Origin: Auanema rhodensis
Taxonomy: Eukaryota; Animalia; Nematoda
Direction of reading: 5' to 3'
Assembly: GCA_964057225.1 (NCBI GenBank)
Contig: OZ059898.1
Location: 3,162,001 to 3,226,000 of the forward strand
DNA length: 64,000 bases
The notes below the pieces were generated by a model. That model ran no database searches. It was given only the letters and a program-made list of their open reading frames with translations, and had not been told where the DNA came from. The translations under genes and the position numbers were made by a program. Below, piece by piece: positions 10,882-25,268 of the stretch (positions are counted from its first letter, which is position 1; each line of letters begins with the position of its first letter).

Positions 10882-13800
10882 AGTGCATTCGATCCGGATT
10901 TTTAAGCTGCGTCGATCTGTGTTATCAGATTTGCGCTAGCTTAAAAATGCACCGAGATATCAACTGATATAAGTTCACACTTATATCCTCGATTTTCACC
11001 CTGAAGAAATAATTTTTTCGTTGAATAACATCGTCCATCGTCTTTGCCTTGAAAAAAGGAATCTAAAAACATCTACTTTTTGCTAAATTATTTTGAAATT
11101 TTTCGAAAAAATTTTTGTCAAAATGTTTTTGGAAGCAATGTTGAGTGTACATGGAAACTCAACATACACTAATGCATCATTTTTCAAACGATCATAACTA
11201 ATTTTTGTATCAAGCGTTTCTTAATGTAGTATAGTGCATTCGATCCGGATTTTTAAGCTGCGTCGATCTGTGTTATCAGATTTGCGCTAGCTTAAAAATG
11301 CACCGAGATATCAACTGATATAAGTTCACACTTATATCCTCGATTTTCACCCTGAAGAAATAATTTTTTCGTTGAATAACATCGTCCATCGTCTTTGCCT
11401 TGAAAAAAGGAATCTAAAAACATCTACTTTTTGCTAAATTATTTTGAAATTTTTCGAAAAAATTTTTGTCAAAATGTTTTTGGAAGCAATGTTGAGTGTA
11501 CATGGAAACTCAACATACACTAATGCATCATTTTTCAAACGATCATAACTAATTTTTGTATCAAGCGTTTCTTAATGTAGTATAGTGCATTCGATCCGGA
11601 TTTTTAAGCTGCGTCGATCTGTGTTATCAGATTTGCGCTAGCTTAAAAATGCACCGAGATATCAACTGATACAAGTTCACACTTATATCCTCGATTTTCA
11701 CCCTGAAGAAATAATTTTTTCGTTGAATAACATTGTCCATCGTCTTTGCCTTGAAAAAAGGATTTTAAAAACATCTACTTTTTGCTAAATTATTTTGAAA
11801 TTTTTCGAAAAAATTTTTGTCAAAATGTTTTTGGAAGCAATGTTGAGTGTACATGGAAACTCAACATACACTAATGCATCATTTTTCAAACGATCTAAAC
11901 TAATTTTTGTATCAAGCGTTTTTCAATGTAGTATAGTGCATTCGATGCGGATTTTTAAGCTGCGTCGATCTGTGTTATCAGATTTGCGCTAGCTTAAAAA
12001 TGCACCGAGATATCAACTGATATAAGTTCACACTTATATCCTCGATTTTCACCCTGAAGAAATAATTTTTTCGTTGAATAACATCGTCCATCGTCTTTGC
12101 CTTGAAAAAAGGAATCTAAAAACATCTACTTTTTGCTAAATTATTTTGAAATTTTTCGAAAAAATTTTTGTCAAAATGTTTTTGGAAGCAATGTTGAGTG
12201 TACATGGAAACTCAACATACACTAATGCATCATTTTTCAAACGATCATAACTAATTTTTGTATTAAGCGTTTTTCAATGTAGTATAGTGCATTCGATGCG
12301 GATTTTTAGGCTGCGTCGATCTGTGTTATCAGATTTGCGCTAGCTTAAAAATGCACCGAGATATCAACTGATATAAGTTCACACTTATATCCTCGATTTT
12401 CACCCTGAAGAATTAATTTTTTCGTTGAATAACATTGTCTATCGTCTTTGCCTTGAGAAATGGAATCTAAAAACATCTACTTTTTGCTAAATTATTTTGA
12501 AATTTTTCGAAAAAATTTTTGTCAAAATGTTTTTGGAAGCAATGTTGAGTGTACATGGAAACTCAACATACACTAATGCATCATTTTTCAAACGATCATA
12601 ACTAATTTTTGTATCAAGCGTTTCTCAATGTAGTATAGTGCATTCGATCCGGATTTTTAAGCTGCGTCGATCTGTGTTATCAGATTTGCGCTAGCTTAAA
12701 AATGCAACGAGATATCAACTGATATAAGTTCACACTTATATCCTCGATTTTCACCCTGAAGAAATAATTTTTTCGTTGAATAACATTGTCCATCGTCTTT
12801 GCTTTGAAAAAAGGAATCTAAAAACATCTACTTTTTGCTAAATTATTTTGAAATTTTTCGAAAAAATTTTTGTCAAAACTTTTTGGAAGCAATGTTGAGT
12901 GTACATGGAAACTCAACATACACTAATGCATCATTTTTCAAACGATCATAACTAATTTTTGTATTAAGCGTTTTTCAATGTAGTATAGTGCATTCGATGC
13001 GGATTTTTAAGCTGCGTCGATCTGTGTTATCAGATTTGCGCTAGCTTAAAAATGCACCGAGATATCAACTGATATAAGTTCACACTTATATCCTCGATTT
13101 TCATCCTGAAGAATTAATTTTTTCGTTGAATAACATTGTCCATCGTCTTTGCCTTGAAAAATCGAATCTAAAAACATCTACTTTTTGCTAAATTATTTTG
13201 AAATTTTTCGAAAAAATTTTTGTCAAAATGTTTTTGGAAGCAATGTTGAGTGTACATGGAAACTCAACATACACTAATGCATCATTTTTCAAACGATCAT
13301 AACTAATTTTTGTATCAAGCGTTTTTCAATGTAGTATAGTGCATTCGATGCGGATTTTTAAGCTGCGTCGATCTGTGTTATCAGATTTGCGCTAGCTTAA
13401 AAATGCACCGAGATATCAACTGATATAAGTTCACACTTATATCCTCGATTTTCACCCTGAAGAATTAATTTTCTCGTTGAATAACATTGTCCATCGTCTT
13501 TGCCTTGAAAAAAGGAATCTAAAAACATCTACTTTTTGCTAAATTATTTTGAAATTTTTCGAAAAAATTTTTGTCAAAATGTTTTTGGAAGCAATGTTGA
13601 GTGTACATGGAAACTCAACATACACTAATGCATCATTTTTCAAACGATCATAACTAATTTTTGTATCAAGCGTTTCTTAATGTAGTATAGTGCATTCGAT
13701 CCGGATTTTTAAGCTGCGTCGATCTATGTTATCAGATTTGCGCTAGCTTAAAAATGCACCGAGATATCAACTGATATAAGTTCACACTTATATCCTCGAT

Positions 13801-16800
13801 TTTCATCCTGAAGAATTAATTTTTTCGTTGAATAACATTGTCCATCGTTTTTGCCTTGAAAAATCGAATCTAAAAACATCTACTTTTCGCTAAATTATTT
13901 TGAAATTTTTCGAAAAAATTTTTGTCAAAATGTTTTTGGAAGCAATGTTGAGTGTACATGGAAACTCAACATACACTAATGCATCATTTTTCAAACGATC
14001 ATAACTAATTTTTGTATCAAGCGTTTTTCAATGTAGTATAGTGCATTCGATGCGGATTTTTAAGCTGCGTCGATCTGTGTTATCAGATTTGCGCTAGCTT
14101 AAAAATGCACCGAGATATCAACTGATACAAGTTCACACTTATATCCTCGATTTTCACCCTGAAGAAATAATTTTTTCGTTGAATAACATTGTCCATCGTC
14201 TTTGCCTTGAAAAAAGGATTTTAAAAACATCTACTTTTTGCTAAATTATTTTGAAATTTTTCGAAAAAATTTTTGTCAAAATGTTTTTGGAAGCAATGTT
14301 GAGTGTACATGGAAACTCAACATACACTAATGCATCATTTTTCAAACGATCATAACTAATTTTTGTATCAAGCGTTTTTCAATGTAGTATAGTGCATTCG
14401 ATGCGGATTTTTAAGCTGCGTCGATCTGTGTTATCAGATTTGCGCTAGCTTAAAAATGCACCGAGATATCAACTGATATAAGTTCACACTTATATCCTCG
14501 ATTTTCACCCTGAAGAAATAATTTTTTCGTTGAATAACATTGTCCATCGTCTTTGCCTTGAAAAAAGGATTTTAAAAACATCTACTTTTTGCTAAATTAT
14601 TTTGAAATTTTTCGAAAAAATTTTTGTCAAAATGTTTTTGGAAGCAATGTTGAGTGTACATGGAAACTCAACATACACTAATGCATCATTTTTCAAACGA
14701 TCATAACTAATTTTTGTATCAAGCGTTTCTTAATGTAGTATAGTGCATTCGATCCGGATTTTTAAGCTGCGTCGATCTGTGTTATCAGATTTGCGCTAGC
14801 TTAAAAATGCACCGAGATATCAACTGATATAAGTTCACACTTATATCCTCGATTTTCACCCTGAAGAAATAATTTTTTCGTTAAATAACATCGTCCATCG
14901 TCTTTGCCTTGAAAAAAGAAATCTAAAAACATCTACTTTTTGCTAAATTATTTTGAAATTTTTCGAAAAAATTTTTGTCAAAATGTTTTTGGAAGCAATG
15001 TTGAGTGTACATGGAAACTCAACATACACTAATGCATCATTTTTCAAACGATCATAACTAATTTTTGTATTAAGCGTTTTTCAATGTAGTATAGTGCATT
15101 CGATGCGGATTTTTAAGCTGCGTCGATCTGTGTTATCAGATTTGCGCTAGCTTAAAAATGCACCGAGATATCAACTGATATAAGTTCACACTTATATCCT
15201 CGATTTTCACCCTGAAGAATTAATTTTTTCGTTGAATAACATTGTCTATCGTCTTTGCCTTGAGAAAAGGAATCTAAAAACATCTACTTTTTGCTAAATT
15301 ATTTTGAAATTTTTCGAAAAAATTTTTGTCAAAATGTTTTTGGAAGCAATGTTGAGTGTACATGGAAACTCAACATACACTAATGCATCATTTTTCAAAC
15401 GATCATAACTAATTTTTGTATCAAGCGTTTCTCAATGTAGTATAGTGCATTCGATCCGGATTTTTAAGCTGCGTCGATCTGTGTTATCAGATTTGCGCTA
15501 GCTTAAAAATGCACCGAGATATCAACTGATACAAGTTCACACTTATATCCTCGATTTTCACCCTGAAGAAATAATTTTTTCGTTGAATAACATGGTCCAT
15601 CGTCTTTGCCTTGAAAAAAGGATTTTAAAAACATCTACTTTTTGCTAAATTATTTTGAAATTTTTCGAAAAAATTTTTGTCAAAATGTTTTTGGAAGCAA
15701 TGTTGAGTGTACATGGAAACTCAACATACACTAATGCATCATTTTTCAAACGATCATAACTAATTTTTGTATTAAGCGTTTTTCAATGTAGTATAGTGCA
15801 TTCGATGCGGATTTTTAAGCTGCGTCGATCTGTGTTATCAGATTTGCGCTAGCTTAAAAATGCACCGAGATATCAACTGATATAAGTTCACACTTATATC
15901 CTCGATTTTCACCCTGAAGAAATAATTTTTTCGTTGAATAACATTGTCCATCGTCTTTGCCTTGAAAAATCGAATCTAAAAACATCTACTTTTCGCTAAA
16001 TTATTTTGAAATTTTTCGAAAAAATTTTTGTCAAAATGTTTTTGGAAGCAATGTTGAGTGTACATGGAAACTCAACATACACTAATGCATCATTTTTCAA
16101 ACGATCATAACTAATTTTTGTATTAAGCGTTTTTCAATGTAGTATAGTGCATTCGATGCGGATTTTTAAGCTGCGTCGATCTGTGTTATCAGATTTGCGC
16201 TAGCTTAAAAATGCACCGAGATATCAACTGATATAAGTTCACACTTATATCCTCGATTTTCACCCTGAAGAATTAATTTTTTCGTTGAATAACATTGTCT
16301 ATCGTCTTTGCCTTGAGAAATGGAATCTAAAAACATCTACTTTTTGCTAAATTATTTTGAAATTTTTCGAAAAAATTTTTGTCAAAATTTTTTGGAAGCA
16401 ATGTTGAGTGTACATGGAAACTCAACATACACTAATGCATCATTTTTCAAACGATCATAACTAATTTTTGTATCAAGCGTTTCTCAATGTAGTATAGTGC
16501 ATTCGATCCGGATTTTTAAGCTGCGTCGATCTGTGTTATCAGATTTGCGCTAGCTTAAAAATGCACCGAGATATCAACTGATATAAGTTCACAATTATAT
16601 CCTCGATTTTCATCCTGAAGAATTAATTTTTTCGTTGAATAACATTGTCTATCGTCTTTGCCTTGAAAAAAGGAATCTAAAAACATCTACTTTTTGCTAA
16701 ATTATTTTGAAATTTTCCGAAAAAATTTTTGTCAAAATGTTTTTGGAAGCAATGTTGAGTGTACATGGAAACTCAACATACACTAATGCATCATTTTTCA

Positions 16801-19800
16801 AACGATCATAACTAATTTTTGTATCAAGCGTTTCTTAATGTAGTATAGTGCATTCGATCCGGATTTTTAAGCTGCGTCGATCTGTGTTATCAGATTTGCG
16901 CTAGCTTAAAAATGCACCGAGATATCAACTGATATAAGTTCACACTTATATCCTCGATTTTCACCCTGAAGAAATAATTTTTTCGTTGAATAACATTGTC
17001 CATCGTCTTTGCCTTGAAAAAAGAAATCTAAAAACATCTACTTTTTGCTAAATTGTTTTGAAATTTTTCGAAAAAATTTTTGTCAAAATGTTTTTGGAAG
17101 CAATGTTGAGTGTACATGGAAACTCAACATACACTAATGCATCATTTTTCAAACGATCATAACTAATTTTTGTATCAAGCGTTTCTCAATGTAGTATAGT
17201 GCATTCGATCCGGATTTTTAAGCTGCGTCGATCTGTGTTATCAGATTTGCGCTAGCTTAAAAATGCACCGAGATATCAACTGATATAAGTTCACAATTAT
17301 ATCCTCGATTTTCATCCTGAAGAATTAATTTTTTCGTTGAATAACATTGTCTATCGTCTTTGCCTTGAAAAAAGGAATCTAAAAACATCTACTTTTTGCT
17401 AAATTATTTTGAAATTTTCCGAAAAAATTTTTGTCAAAATGTTTTTGGAAGCAATGTTGAGTGTACATGGAAACTCAACATACACTAATGCATCATTTTT
17501 CAAACGATCATAACTAATTTTTGTATCAAGCGTTTCTTAATGTAGTATAGTGCATTCGATCCGGATTTTTAAGCTGCGTCGATCTGTGTTATCAGATTTG
17601 CGCTAGCTTAAAAATGCACCGAGATATCAACTGATATAAGTTCACACTTATATCCTCGATTTTCACCCTGAAGAAATAATTTTTTCGTTGAATAACATTG
17701 TCCATCGTCTTTGCCTTGAAAAAAGAAATCTAAAAACATCTACTTTTTGCTAAATTGTTTTGAAATTTTTCGAAAAAATTTTTGTCAAAATGTTTTTGGA
17801 AGCAATGTTGAGTGTACATGGAAACTCAACATACACTAATGCATCATTTTTCAAACGATCATAACTAATTTTTGTATCAAGCGTTTCTCAATGTAGTATA
17901 GTGCATTCGATCCGGATTTTTAAGCTGCGTCGATCTGTGTTATCAGATTTGCGCTAGCTTAAAAATGCACCGAGATATCAACTGATATAAGTTCACACTT
18001 ATATCCTCGATTTTCACCCTGAAGAAATAATTTTTTCGTTGAATAACATTGTCCATCGTCTTTGCCTTGAAAAAAGAAATCTAAAAACATCTACTTTTTG
18101 CTAAATTATTTTGAAATTTTTCGAAAAAATTTTATGTCAAAATTTTTTGGAAGCAATGTTGAGTGTACATGGAAACTCAACATACACTAATGCATCATTT
18201 TTCAAACGATCATAACTAATTTTTGTATTAAGCGTTTTTCAATGTAGTATAGTGCATTCGATGCGGATTTTTAAGCTGCGTCGATCTGTGTTATCAGATT
18301 TGCGCTAGCTTAAAAATGCACCGAGATATCAACTGATATAAGTTCACACTTATATCCTCGATTTTCATCCTGAAGAATTAATTTTTTCGTTGAATAACAT
18401 TGTCCATCGTCTTTGCCTTGAGAAATGGAATCTAAAAACATCTACTTTTTGCTAAATTATTTTGAAATTTTTCGAAAAAATTTTTGTCAAAATGTTTTTG
18501 GAAGCAATGTTGAGTGTACATGGAAACTCAACATACACTAATGCATCATTTTTCAAACGATCATAACTAATTTTTGTATCAAGCGTTTCTCAATGTAGTA
18601 TAGTGCATTCGATTCGGATTTTTAAGCTGCGTCGATCTGTGTTATCAGATTTGCGCTAGCTTAAAAATGCACCGAGATATCAACTGATATAAGTTCACAC
18701 TTATATCCTCGATTTTCACCCTGAAGAAATAATTTTTTCGTTGAATAACATTGTCCATCGTCTTTGCCTTGAAAAAAGAAATCTAAAAACATCTACTTTT
18801 TGCTAAATTATTTTGAAATTTTTCGAAAAAATTTTTGTCAAAATTTTTTGGAAGCAATGTTGAGTGTACATGGAAACTCAACATACACTAATGCATCATT
18901 TTTCAAACGATCATAACTAATTTTTGTATCAAGCGTTTCTCAATGTAGTATAGTGCATTCGATCCGGATTTTTAAGCTGCGTCGATCTGTGTTATCAGAT
19001 TTGCGCTAGCTTAAAAATGCACCGAGATATCAACTGATATAAGTTCACAATTATATCCTCGATTTTCATCCTGAAGAATTAATTTTTTCGTTGAATAACA
19101 TTGTCTATCGTCTTTGCCTTGAAAAAAGGAATCTAAAAACATCTACTTTTTGCTAAATTATTTTGAAATTTTCCGAAAAAATTTTTGTCAAAATGTTTTT
19201 GGAAGCAATGTTGAGTGTACATGGAAACTCAACATACACTAATGCATCATTTTTCAAACGATCATAACTAATTTTTGTATCAAGCGTTTCTTAATGTAGT
19301 ATAGTGCATTCGATCCGGATTTTTAAGCTGCGTCGATCTGTGTTATCAGATTTGCGCTAGCTTAAAAATGCACCGAGATATCAACTGATATAAGTTCACA
19401 CTTATATCCTCGATTTTCACCCTGAAGAAATAATTTTTTCGTTGAATAACATTGTCCATCGTCTTTGCCTTGAAAAAAGAAATCTAAAAACATCTACTTT
19501 TTGCTAAATTGTTTTGAAATTTTTCGAAAAAATTTTTGTCAAAATGTTTTTGGAAGCAATGTTGAGTGTACATGGAAACTCAACATACACTAATGCATCA
19601 TTTTTCAAACGATCATAACTAATTTTTGTATCAAGCGTTTCTCAATGTAGTATAGTGCATTCGATCCGGATTTTTAAGCTGCGTCGATCTGTGTTATCAG
19701 ATTTGCGCTAGCTTAAAAATGCACCTAGATATCAACTGATATAAGTTCACACTTATATCCTCGATTTTCACCCTGAAGAAATAATTTTTTCGTTGAATAA

Positions 19801-21407
19801 CATTGTCCATCGTCTTTGCCTTGAAAAAAGAAATCTAAAAACATCTACTTTTTGCTAAATTATTTTGAAATTTTTCGAAAAAATTTTATGTCAAAATTTT
19901 TTGGAAGCAATGTTGAGTGTACATGGAAACTCAACATACACTAATGCATCATTTTTCAAACGATCATAACTAATTTTTGTATTAAGCGTTTTTCAATGTA
20001 GTATAGTGCATTCGATGCGGATTTTTAAGCTGCGTCGATCTGTGTTATCAGATTTGCGCTAGCTTAAAAATGCACCGAGATATCAACTGATATAAGTTCA
20101 CACTTATATCCTCGATTTTCATCCTGAAGAATTAATTTTTTCGTTGAATAACATTGTCTATCGTCTTTGCCTTGAAAAAAGGAATCTAAAAACATCTACT
20201 TTTTGCTAAATTATTTTGAAATTTTCCGAAAAAATTTTTGTCAAAATGTTTTTGGAAGCAATGTTGAGTGTACATGGAAACTCAACATACACTAATGCAT
20301 CATTTTTCAAACGATCATAACTAATTTTTGTATCAAGCGTTTCTCAATGTAGTATAGTGCATTCGATCCGGATTTTTAAGCTGCGTCGATCTGTGTTATC
20401 AGATTTGCGCTAGCTTAAAAATGCACCGAGATATCAACTGATATAAGTTCACACTTATATCCTCGATTTTCACCCTGAAGAAATAATTTTTTCGTTGACT
20501 AACATTGTCCATCGTCTTTGCCTTGAAAAAAGGAATCTAAAAACATCTACTTTTTGCTAAATTATTTTGAAATTTTTCGAAAAAATTTTTGTCAAAATGT
20601 TTTTGGAAGCAATGTTGAGTGTACATGGAAACTCAACATACACTAATGCATCATTTTTCAAACGATCATAACTAATTTTTGTATTAAGCTTTTCTCAATG
20701 TAGTATAGTGCATTCGATGCGGATTTTTAAGCTGCGTCGATCTGTGTTATCAGATTTGCGCTAGCTTAAAAATGCACCGAGATATCAACTGATATAAGTT
20801 CACACTTATATCCTCGATTTTCATCCTGAAGAATTAATTTTTTCGTTGAATAACATTGTCCATCGTCTTTGCCTTGAAAAATCGAATCTAAAAACATCTA
20901 CTTTTCGCTAAATTATTTTGAAATTTTTCGAAAAAATTTTTGTCAAAATGTTTTTGGAAGCAATGTTGAGTGTACATGGAAACTCAACATACACTAATGC
21001 ATCATTTTTCAAACGATCATAACTAATTTTTGTATCAAGCGTTTTTCAATGTAGTATAGTGCATTCGATCCGGATTTTCAAGCTGCGTCGATCTGTGTTA
21101 TCAGATTTGCGCTAGCTTAAAAATGCACCGAGATATCAACTGATATAAGTTCACACTTATATCCTCGATTTTCACCCTGAAGAAATAATTTTTTCGTTGA
21201 ATAACATTGTCCATCGTCTTTGCCTTGAAAAAAGGAATCTAAAAACATCTACTTTTTGCTAAATTATTTTGAAATTTTTCGAAAAAATTTTTGTCAAAAT
21301 TTTTTGGAAGCAATGTTGAGTGTACATGGAAACTCAACATACACTAATGCATCATTTTTCAAACGATCATAACTAATTTTTGTATTAAGCGTTTTTCAAT
21401 GTAGTAT
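10882..21407. repeat. Satellite variant domain B (contains 350-bp monomers)
   Basis: Marked by the m244 G deletion (~16388, ~18845, ~21301), CACAATT (16594, 17296, 19050), AAAGAAATC and AATTGTTT variants. Confidence 0.7.
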
Positions 21408-24400
21408 AGTGCATCCGATGCGGATTTTTAAGCTGCGTCGATCTGTGTTATCAGATTTGCGCTAGCTTAAAAATGCACCGAGATATCAACTGATATAAGT
21501 TCACACTTATATCCTCGATTTTCATCCTGAAGAATTAATTTTTTCGTTGAATAACATTGTCCATCGTCTTTGCCTTGAAAAATCAAATCTAAAAACATCT
21601 ACTTTTCGCTAAATTATTTTGAAATTTTTCGAAAAAATTTTTGTCAAAATGTTTTTGGAAGCAATGTTGAGTGTACATGGAAACTCAACATACACTAATG
21701 CATCATTTTTCAAACGATCATAACTAATTTTTGTATCAAGCGTTTTTCAATGTAGTATAGTGCATTCGATGCGGATTTTTAAGCTGCGTCGATCTGTGTT
21801 ATCAGATTTGCGCTAGCTTAAAAATGCACCGAGATATCAACTGATATAAGTTCACACTTATATCCTCGATTTTCACCCTGAAGAATTAATTTTCTCGTTG
21901 AATAACATTGTCCATCGTCTTTGCCTTGAAAAAAGGAATCTAAAAACATCTACTTTTTGCTAAATTATTTTGAAATTTTCCGAAAAAATTTTTGTCAAAA
22001 TGTTTTTGGAAGCAATGTTGAGTGTACATGGAAACTCAACATACACTAATGCATCATTTTTCAAACGATCATAACTAATTTTTGTATTAAGCGTTTTTCA
22101 ATGTAGTATAGTGCATTCGATGCGGATTTTTAAGCTGCGTCGATCTGTGTTATCAGATTTGCGCTAGCTTAAAAATGCACCGAGATATCAACTGATATAA
22201 GTTCACACTTATATCCTCGATTTTCACCCTGAAGAATTAATTTTCTCGTTGAATAACATTGTCCATCGTCTTTGCCTTGAAAAAAGGAATCTAAAAACAT
22301 CTACTTTTTGCTAAATTATTTTGAAATTTTTCGAAAAAAGTTTTGTCAAAATGTTTTTGGAAGCAATGTTGAGTGTACATGGAAACTCAACATACACTAA
22401 TGCATCATTTTTCAAACGATCATAACTAATTTTTGTATTAAGCTTTTCTCAATGTAGTATAGTGCATTCGATGCGGATTTTCAAGCTGCGTCGATCTGTG
22501 TTATCAGATTTGCGCTAGCTTAAAAATGCACCGAGATATCAACTGATATAAGTTCACACTTATATCCTCGATTTTCACCCTGAAGAATTAATTTTTTCGT
22601 TGAATAACATTGTCTATCGTCTTTGCCTTGAAAAATGGAATCCAAAAACATCTACTTTTTGCTAAATTATTTTGAAATTTTTCGAAAAAATTTTTGTCAA
22701 AATGTTTTTGGAAGCAATGTTGAGTGTACATGGAAACTCAACATACACTAATGCATCATTTTTCAAACGATCATAACTAATTTTTGTATCAAGCGTTTTT
22801 CAATGTAGTATAGTGCATTCGATGCGGATTTTTAAGCTGCGTCGATCTGTGTTATCAGATTTGCGCTAGCTTAAAAATGCACCGAGATATCAACTGATAT
22901 AAGTTCACACTTATATCCTCGATTTTCATCCTGAAGAATTAATTTTTTCGTTGAATAACATTGTCTATCGTCTTTGCCTTGAAAAAAGGAATCTAAAAAC
23001 ATCTACTTTTTGCTAAATTATTTTGAAATTTTCCGAAAAAATTTTTGTCAAAATGTTTTTGGAAGCAATGTTGAGTGTACATGGAAACTCAACATACACT
23101 AATGCATCATTTTTCAAACGATCATAACTAATTTTTGTATCAAGCGTTTCTCAATGTAGTATAGTGCATTCGATCCGGATTTTTAAGCTGCGTCGATCTG
23201 TGTTATCAGATTTGCGCTAGCTTAAAAATGCACCGAGATATCAACTGATATAAGTTCACACTTATATCCTCGATTTTCACCCTGAAGAAATAATTTTTTC
23301 GTTGACTAACATTGTCCATCGTCTTTGCCTTGAAAAAAGGAATCTAAAAACATCTACTTTTTGCTAAATTATTTTGAAATTTTTCGAAAAAATTTTTGTC
23401 AAAATGTTTTTGGAAGCAATGTTGAGTGTACATGGAAACTCAACATACACTAATGCATCATTTTTCAAACGATCATAACTAATTTTTGTATTAAGCTTTT
23501 CTCAATGTAGTATAGTGCATTCGATGCGGATTTTTAAGCTGCGTCGATCTGTGTTATCAGATTTGCGCTAGCTTAAAAATGCACCGAGATATCAACTGAT
23601 ATAAGTTCACACTTATATCCTCGATTTTCATCCTGAAGAATTAATTTTTTCGTTGAATAACATTGTCCATCGTCTTTGCCTTGAAAAATCAAATCTAAAA
23701 ACATCTACTTTTCGCTAAATTATTTTGAAATTTTTCGAAAAAATTTTTGTCAAAATGTTTTTGGAAGCAATGTTGAGTGTACATGGAAACTCAACATACA
23801 CTAATGCATCATTTTTCAAACGATCATAACTAATTTTTGTATCAAGCGTTTTTCAATGTAGTATAGTGCATTCGATGCGGATTTTTAAGCTGCGTCGATC
23901 TGTGTTATCAGATTTGCGCTAGCTTAAAAATGCACCGAGATATCAACTGATATAAGTTCACACTTATATCCTCGATTTTCACCCTGAAGAATTAATTTTC
24001 TCGTTGAATAACATTGTCCATCGTCTTTGCCTTGAAAAAAGGAATCTAAAAACATCTACTTTTTGCTAAATTATTTTGAAATTTTCCGAAAAAATTTTTG
24101 TCAAAATGTTTTTGGAAGCAATGTTGAGTGTACATGGAAACTCAACATACACTAATGCATCATTTTTCAAACGATCATAACTAATTTTTGTATTAAGCGT
24201 TTTTCAATGTAGTATAGTGCATTCGATGCGGATTTTCAAGCTGCGTCGATCTGTGTTATCAGATTTGCGCTAGCTTAAAAATGCACCGAGATATCAACTG
24301 ATATAAGTTCACACTTATATCCTCGATTTTCATCCTGAAGAATTAATTTTTTCGTTGAATAACATTGTCCATCGTCTTTGCCTTGAAAAATCAAATCTAA

Positions 24401-25268
24401 AAACATCTACTTTTCGCTAAATTATTTTGAAATTTTTCGAAAAAATTTTTGTCAAAATGTTTTTGGAAGCAATGTTGAGTGTACATGGAAACTCAACATA
24501 CACTAATGCATCATTTTTCAAACGATCATAACTAATTTTTGTATCAAGCGTTTTTCAATGTAGTATAGTGCATTCGATGCGGATTTTTAAGCTGCGTCGA
24601 TCTGTGTTATCAGATTTGCGCTAGCTTAAAAATGCACCGAGATATCAACTGATATAAGTTCACACTTATATCCTCGATTTTCACCCTGAAGAATTAATTT
24701 TCTCGTTGAATAACATTGTCCATCGTCTTTGCCTTGAAAAAAGGAATCTAAAAACATCTACTTTTTGCTAAATTATTTTGAAATTTTCCGAAAAAATTTT
24801 TGTCAAAATGTTTTTGGAAGCAATGTTGAGTGTACATGGAAACTCAACATACACTAATGCATCATTTTTCAAACGATCATAACTAATTTTTGTATTAAGC
24901 GTTTTTCAATGTAGTATAGTGCATTCGATGCGGATTTTTAAGCTGCGTCGATCTGTGTTATCAGATTTGCGCTAGCTTAAAAATGCACCGAGATATCAAC
25001 TGATATAAGTTCACACTTATATCCTCGATTTTCACCCTGAAGAATTAATTTTCTCGTTGAATAACATTGTCCATCGTCTTTGCCTTGAAAAAAGGAATCT
25101 AAAAACATCTACTTTTTGCTAAATTATTTTGAAATTTTTCGAAAAAAGTTTTGTCAAAATGTTTTTGGAAGCAATGTTGAGTGTACATGGAAACTCAACA
25201 TACACTAATGCATCATTTTTCAAACGATCATAACTAATTTTTGTATTAAGCTTTTCTCAATGTAGTAT
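21408..25268. repeat. Satellite variant domain C
   Basis: Enriched in TTTTCTCG+TCCG, CATCC+TCAAA+TTTTCG, AAAAGTTT, TTTTCAAG and CTTTTCTC haplotypes. Boundaries are gradual. Confidence 0.6.

Noticed and set aside
11795-11992. 65-aa ORF from the ORF track
   Set aside because: It has a TTG start, lies inside the satellite, and is open only because the AT>TA variant at 11896-11897 removes a TAA present in almost all other copies. The other copy with this variant has a downstream TAA. No recognisable protein.
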